Assembly (NCBI GenBank): GCA_905178155.1
Contig: CAJINV010000007.1
Location: 2,957,151 to 3,021,150 of the forward strand
Length of the DNA stretch: 64,000 nucleotides
Source: Amoebophrya sp. A120
Lineage: Eukaryota; Protista; Dinoflagellata
Direction: 5' to 3'
The notes beneath the pieces are model-generated. The model was not told where the DNA came from. It saw nothing but the letters and a program-made list of their open reading frames with translations, and searched no databases. The position numbers were made by a program, and so were the translations under genes. This document shows, in pieces, positions 59,278 to 64,000 of this stretch (position 1 is its first letter; each line of letters begins with the position of its first letter).

Positions 59278-60921
59278 TCATCTACACGGCTCGATAAGCT
59301 TCTCCTCTTCAGCATGGCCCTTCGTAGCCCCCTGCTCGAGATGTGCTTTTACCTCCTTGTGCGCACCCGAACTCGTAGGACACGTTCTGGCACGCCAGTA
59401 TCCCTTCCCGTAGTCCACGAGAAACTCCGCCCCGGCCTCGACCGGCTTCACTACCACCACAATGGCCTTTAACAGTTTTGAGCTCTTGTACTTGAAGCGT
59501 ACATTCACTTTTTCCGCACTATCCCCGTGATTGATGTACCGCGCAGCACACGTCGAGTTCTTCGCGTCTACACTGTAGAGGCCAAACCCACCGAGGCAGT
59601 AGTCGAGGTTCCTGGTTTTATTTTCGATTTTCTCCTTGAAGGACACCTTCTCCCCGAAATAAACGCAAACAAACTCGCCCTGGCTGAACCGCCGATTCGC
59701 GAAGAGTCCGAGGCCCGCGCCGGGAATGGTGCTGGGCTTGACGGACAGCGCTAGGTCGTAGAATTCGGGTCCGCTGCGTTCTTGAACCATTCCAGTGCGC
59801 CGGCTCCCGTGAAGGTCTTCAAGTGAAGCAACTGCAGGACGAGCGCAAAAGCTGCTGGTATCTTCAACAACATGAGAATCAGATTGCGGTGGAACACGCA
59901 ACAGAAAATCACCATTCTCTCCTGCCAATGCGAATTTCCTTTCGTCGGCAAACACCAGATAGCGCAGAAGGTTCTCCGCTGTCAACTCAATGTTTCCTTC
60001 ATCGCTTTCCGGATGTTGTAGCGAGTTTGGTGACACATTATCTTTCGCGCCCTTCAGAAACCCCTGCAATCTGAAAAACGTGTGCAGCTTGCTCGGTATA
60101 ATTTGTTCACGGTCGTTAATACTTCTCTCGTTCACGGCGCTCCACTCTGAGGGGAAGAGGGCGGTCAGGGTTTTGGCGACCTTGACTTCGTCGCCATCAG
60201 CGCGAAGGGGAGCGCGACCAACATCATCAAGAAGCTCATTATCTGCGACAGTCGCCTGTTCCAGCGCAGCCCCTCTATTGCCTTTTCGAGGAGCCGCTGC
60301 TGCACAACTGGCGGCTCCCTCATCGCTGCCTTTTCCGCACGTCAGTGGCCTGTTTCGCGGGTCGTCTTTTGCGAATTTGAAATCGTCCAGCTCCGCGAGT
60401 AACTCCGGCGGAATGGACTTTCCCAAGCATTCTGAACGCAATTGTCGTACTTCTGCATTGTCGGGCGCAGCACTTGTTGTTTTGGTTTTTCCTTCTGCCT
60501 CTCCATCTACTACTCCACTATCCTCCGCAACATACCGGACACTCAAACTGTTCACGCAGTGCCGCTCGCTTTCCGCTTCGGCCTTGTGCCCCAGAAACAA
60601 GTGCCCAAGGTGCGACTCGCACCGCTTGCACCGAATCTCCAGCCGCGTCCGCCCGTGCGACGTGTCTTTTACGTACGAAACGTGCGACCCCTGCAACGCG
60701 GTGGAGAAGTAGCAGGCGTTATACGCCGGCCAGCCGCAGCCGCTCTGAAACTTCGCCGACGCCGGGTACAGGGGTAGTCGGCAGGCTTTGCAGGCGTAGT
60801 GGCCGGCTTTGGTAAAATGCGAAACGTACTCCCCGGTGTTTGGCAACTCTGTCCCGCGCAGACGCAAGATCTCGAACTCGGCGGGCGTAAGGAGGGACCG
60901 CCATTCTTCGTCGGTTTTCAT
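59278..60921 (-). CDS. Methionine-R-sulfoxide reductase (MsrB/SelR) fused to a SET domain, 547 aa
   Basis: N-terminal EWRSLLT..GTE..CKAC..KFQSGCGWPAY..EIRCKRC.SHLGHLF..RHCVNS; C-terminal STIPGAGLGLFA..GEFVCVYFG..ARYINH..NVRF..GAEFLVDYGKGYW; one uninterrupted ORF. Confidence 0.85.
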   Translation of the reverse strand: MKTDEEWRSLLTPAEFEILRLRGTELPNTGEYVSHFTKAGHYACKACRLPLYPASAKFQSGCGWPAYNACYFSTALQGSHVSYVKDTSHGRTRLEIRCKRCESHLGHLFLGHKAEAESERHCVNSLSVRYVAEDSGVVDGEAEGKTKTTSAAPDNAEVRQLRSECLGKSIPPELLAELDDFKFAKDDPRNRPLTCGKGSDEGAASCAAAAPRKGNRGAALEQATVADNELLDDVGRAPLRADGDEVKVAKTLTALFPSEWSAVNERSINDREQIIPSKLHTFFRLQGFLKGAKDNVSPNSLQHPESDEGNIELTAENLLRYLVFADERKFALAGENGDFLLRVPPQSDSHVVEDTSSFCARPAVASLEDLHGSRRTGMVQERSGPEFYDLALSVKPSTIPGAGLGLFANRRFSQGEFVCVYFGEKVSFKEKIENKTRNLDYCLGGFGLYSVDAKNSTCAARYINHGDSAEKVNVRFKYKSSKLLKAIVVVVKPVEAGAEFLVDYGKGYWRARTCPTSSGAHKEVKAHLEQGATKGHAEEEKLIEPCR

Positions 60922-63056
60922 ACTACGTTGATTTTATGGGTTACCGTAGGTAAACTGCTTACTACTTATAATCCTAGCGGTTCTACCAATGTCAATTGGA
61001 TAAGTTTTCTCGCCAACTTACTCTTTTCCCTGCAAAGGAGTCGTTTCAAAAAGAAACAAAAACCTCAGACAAATATCGTGCTTTTGCTCAGTGATCAACA
61101 CGCCACATCATGCCGTTGCCTCCAAAGATGTCTTTCTGTCAACATTGTCGTCATCCGATCCTGGTGAAACTACTTTGCCATTCGAAAAAAACGTCTTACG
61201 GACTTAATGTGACACCAATTTGTTTCGTTGTAAAATAACTCTGGATCTCTGTCTTATTTCTACAACTTGCCATCCTATCACCCCTTCGCGCGTCGTCGGG
61301 ATCATCTGCAGATTACGATGGCAATACGCTGAACAACATCTAGTCGCGATTTGTTCACGACTCGCAGTGAGTGACAGTGGAGTGAGGTGCTTGTTTTTTT
61401 TTCATGTATTGAAACAGCTGCAAAAAGCCAGGAATTCGATTGGTATTTCTTTGTTGATGCCGGAAAACTTCAAAAAGTTGGAGGGGTGGTCTTCTCAGTG
61501 ATCGGCAACTTTCGAATGCTGCCACGCGTCGGCACCGCTCTCCAGCTCCAATTGACCTTTCCGGCACGCAGGGCAGGGGTACTGCAACATTCATCTGCTC
61601 AACAAAAAAAAACTCCCAGTGTCTCGTGCTGCTCAATACATTCCTGCTCCTTGGGGGGAGTATTCACTTATGAAAGAAAGCTCGAGAATTATTCTTAAAG
61701 CGTACAAACCTTAGGGCAGCGCTCTTGCCCGAGCCCGAGAAAAGCGGGCCTAATCTGCGTCAGGACTACGTGTGAAGTTTATTTTGTGTGGTCCGATACT
61801 CCCTCGTAAGAGCTCCTTAAAAAAGTTCGTAAATCAAAATAGTAACTGAAGGACCACGACCTACAATAGTACCTTGCTTCCTTGCTCTTTTGTGTTAGTA
61901 CTAGTTCTTACCGGTAGGGACCAGAAAAGTCCGTTGGGTGGCTGCAACACTCAATTAAGCAGCTCTACCGTGGTGATGAAGTAGGCCCGTGTTCCTCAAA
62001 CTACTAACTCCCTTTCCACACTTTTGTTCGCACTCCTTTTCACACTTCTCTTTCCAGCGGCGCCTGCTTAATGTGGCAATGGGGGTAGCCACAGCAAGCG
62101 ATGGATAGAGTGTCTTGCTTGGGGGTCTTATTCGGATAGTTCCTTTTAGGCATGTGTCGTCATCCGTAAGGACGCAGGCTCCTGCTCTCGTTTTTGCACC
62201 TCCCTGACTCTTCCGTTGCAAGAGCCAGAAGGCAGCAAGTACACGCAACAGGGTAGTCTGTCGCCAAACGGGAAATAACGCCATGCCTGCTCATCGGTGC
62301 AAAACCCCACGCAGAAAAAAAACCGAAAGACGTGCGAGGAAGTTCAAAACTCCCGGTGCACGTCGTTCACGCTCTCAAGCAGCCCAGGCCCGAAAAGAAA
62401 GTTTGGTGGAGATACAATATTTACTTTAGTTTGATGATGCTCAGGCTTCTGATTCAAAATGCATTATTTTTCGTTTCAAGAGTGCTACAATGTTGGCGCA
62501 AGAAAGAAAACAAATTGACAGCAAAATATCTAATTGTGGAGTCCGTACAACATACTTTAAATTGCAAAAAAAATTCTTCAAATTTTAGTCAAACAGTTGT
62601 GAAAAGTCGTTTGTATATGAGTGTGTGCACCTGAAAGTTTGATGATGCTCCATAGTAGTAAACCCTGAATAAACCCGATAAAAAAAAACCATTAAACCCG
62701 ATAAAACCTTAGTCTCTGCTTCGCTCCGGCCGGCGCCGGAGCGCTTTGGTAGCGCTTTGGTAGTAAACTGTCCTCTTCAGCAGGAGACCGGGCGCGACTT
62801 AGAGTCTCCTCACTTCGTTGCTCTACGTCGCGCCTCCTTGCTCTTCATGATGAAATACTGCAGGTCTGTCGAGCTGAAAAAGCTTGCTTCCCATCCCCAC
62901 TCCGACTCCTGGACATCAAATTATTAGTTTTCGCTTCGTTCTATTAAGTAACTTTAACAACACTCCCTGTAGCAGATAGAATCCTCGATATTCCCTGGTG
63001 TATTTTGTTGCCCTCGGCTTTCTCACAGAAATGGGGAAGATGAAAGCAAGTCTTTT

Positions 63057-64000
63057 TCATTTGATAAACACCGCTTGCTCTTCCTCCTCCGCGCTCGTGT
63101 CGGTCGCTGCGGCCGTGGGATCCGCTGCCGAAGCCTCGAGGCTGTCCGCGTCAACCGTGGATGGCTGGATGCGTTCCCCGCCCCCCGCAAGAGCGGCCTT
63201 CGAAGCGGAGGCATGCGGATAATTCGTGGCACTTTCCTCCTCCTCCAGCTTGGACTGGGTCTTACTCCCCGAATCGTTGTTCACGACACGCTTGGCAGAA
63301 CGAAACGACGTACACAGTCCTCCCGAGAGGATGTACAGAAGTACGGAAAGCAGGAAAAGGGCACCAGAGCAGTAGAGAACATTTTTCACCACAATGTTGT
63401 CCGGCCAGGCTGGAAAAGACGGCGACGTGTCGGCGAAGGGTTGTTGTTTTTCTTCCGTCTTTGCAGGAACATCCGGGTTCGATTTGAGTGCACCCTCCGA
63501 ACCATCCTCAGCTGGCGGAAGCGGAACAGGATCTGGCAGGATCGCAGGCTTCCGCCGCTCCGAGAACTTCGTCGGCGCGGGTGCGAGAGATTCGTCGTCG
63601 ATCAGTGGAGCAGTCGTGGCGGCGGGTAGAGCGACGGGTGGAGCGGCAGCAACGCTTGCATCCAACGGAGCGGCGTGGTCCTCCGGCGTTGCGGTTTCAA
63701 GAAACCCGGAGATTGTTGCCTCGCCGGGGTCAGATGTGGTCTTCGCCACGTGCGCAGGCTTGCGCGGGCCAAACGTAAGCTTCACGGCGCCCGCACTGTT
63801 ATAGTAAATGCTCAGAACAAATGATAATGCATGCCCAGCGGGTATTTCGAGCCTATCAATGAAAGTGCAAACCTTGTAGAAAAGGATGACTTCTGTAGGA
63901 ATACTAAGTTTATCCTATTCTATCATGTTCCTCGAACATTATTTGCAAATCAAGAAGAAGCTTACTTACCCAGCTTGACCACCATTCCCACTGGACTGCG
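63057..64000 (-). CDS. 3' part of a single-pass membrane protein (5' end beyond the window); GT-AG intron 63969-63796
   Basis: Pro/Ala-rich region then TM segment VLYCSGALFLLSVLLYILSGGL; ctgg|gtaagt...ataacag|tgcg keeps the frame. Confidence 0.6.

Noticed and set aside
61955-62284. 109-aa minus-strand ORF with a hydrophobic N-terminus
   Set aside because: No domain evidence; cannot be distinguished from a chance ORF.
1-64000. rRNA, tRNA, spliced-leader or snRNA genes
   Set aside because: No recognisable signatures by eye; a covariance-model scan would be needed to exclude them.

Overview
Eukaryotic genomic DNA. It is gene-dense, and every recognisable gene lies on the minus strand across the whole 64 kb. 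Proteins are inflated by long low-complexity insertions. Many genes are split by 150-320 bp elements bounded by terminal inverted repeats (TAT...ATA) and 5-bp direct repeats. These traits point to a parasitic syndinian dinoflagellate such as Amoebophrya (inference). I located 12 such introner-like elements by hand, 9 with perfect 5-bp duplications and 3 decayed. All 12 lie inside coding sequence, and in every case removing the element plus one duplication restores the reading frame, often rebuilding catalytic or WD40 motifs. Most cannot be given GT-AG ends, and one family occurs in both orientations relative to transcription. Genes: ERI1-like DEDDh exonuclease, Nudix (IDI-like) hydrolase, a ~4,470-aa NO VEIN-like giant protein, a PPP phosphatase, a coiled-coil protein, a CCCH zinc-finger protein, two tandem Mps1/TTK-like kinases each with a transmembrane helix and a shared unnamed C-terminal domain, Sec13, a MESD-like ER chaperone plus a paralog that shares its N-terminus but ends in STI1-like repeats, an MsrB-SET fusion, and a partial membrane protein. 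A 1.4-kb GC-rich TIR element carries long hairpins and 109-bp tandem repeats. All coordinates and splice models were derived by eye and need RNA-seq confirmation.
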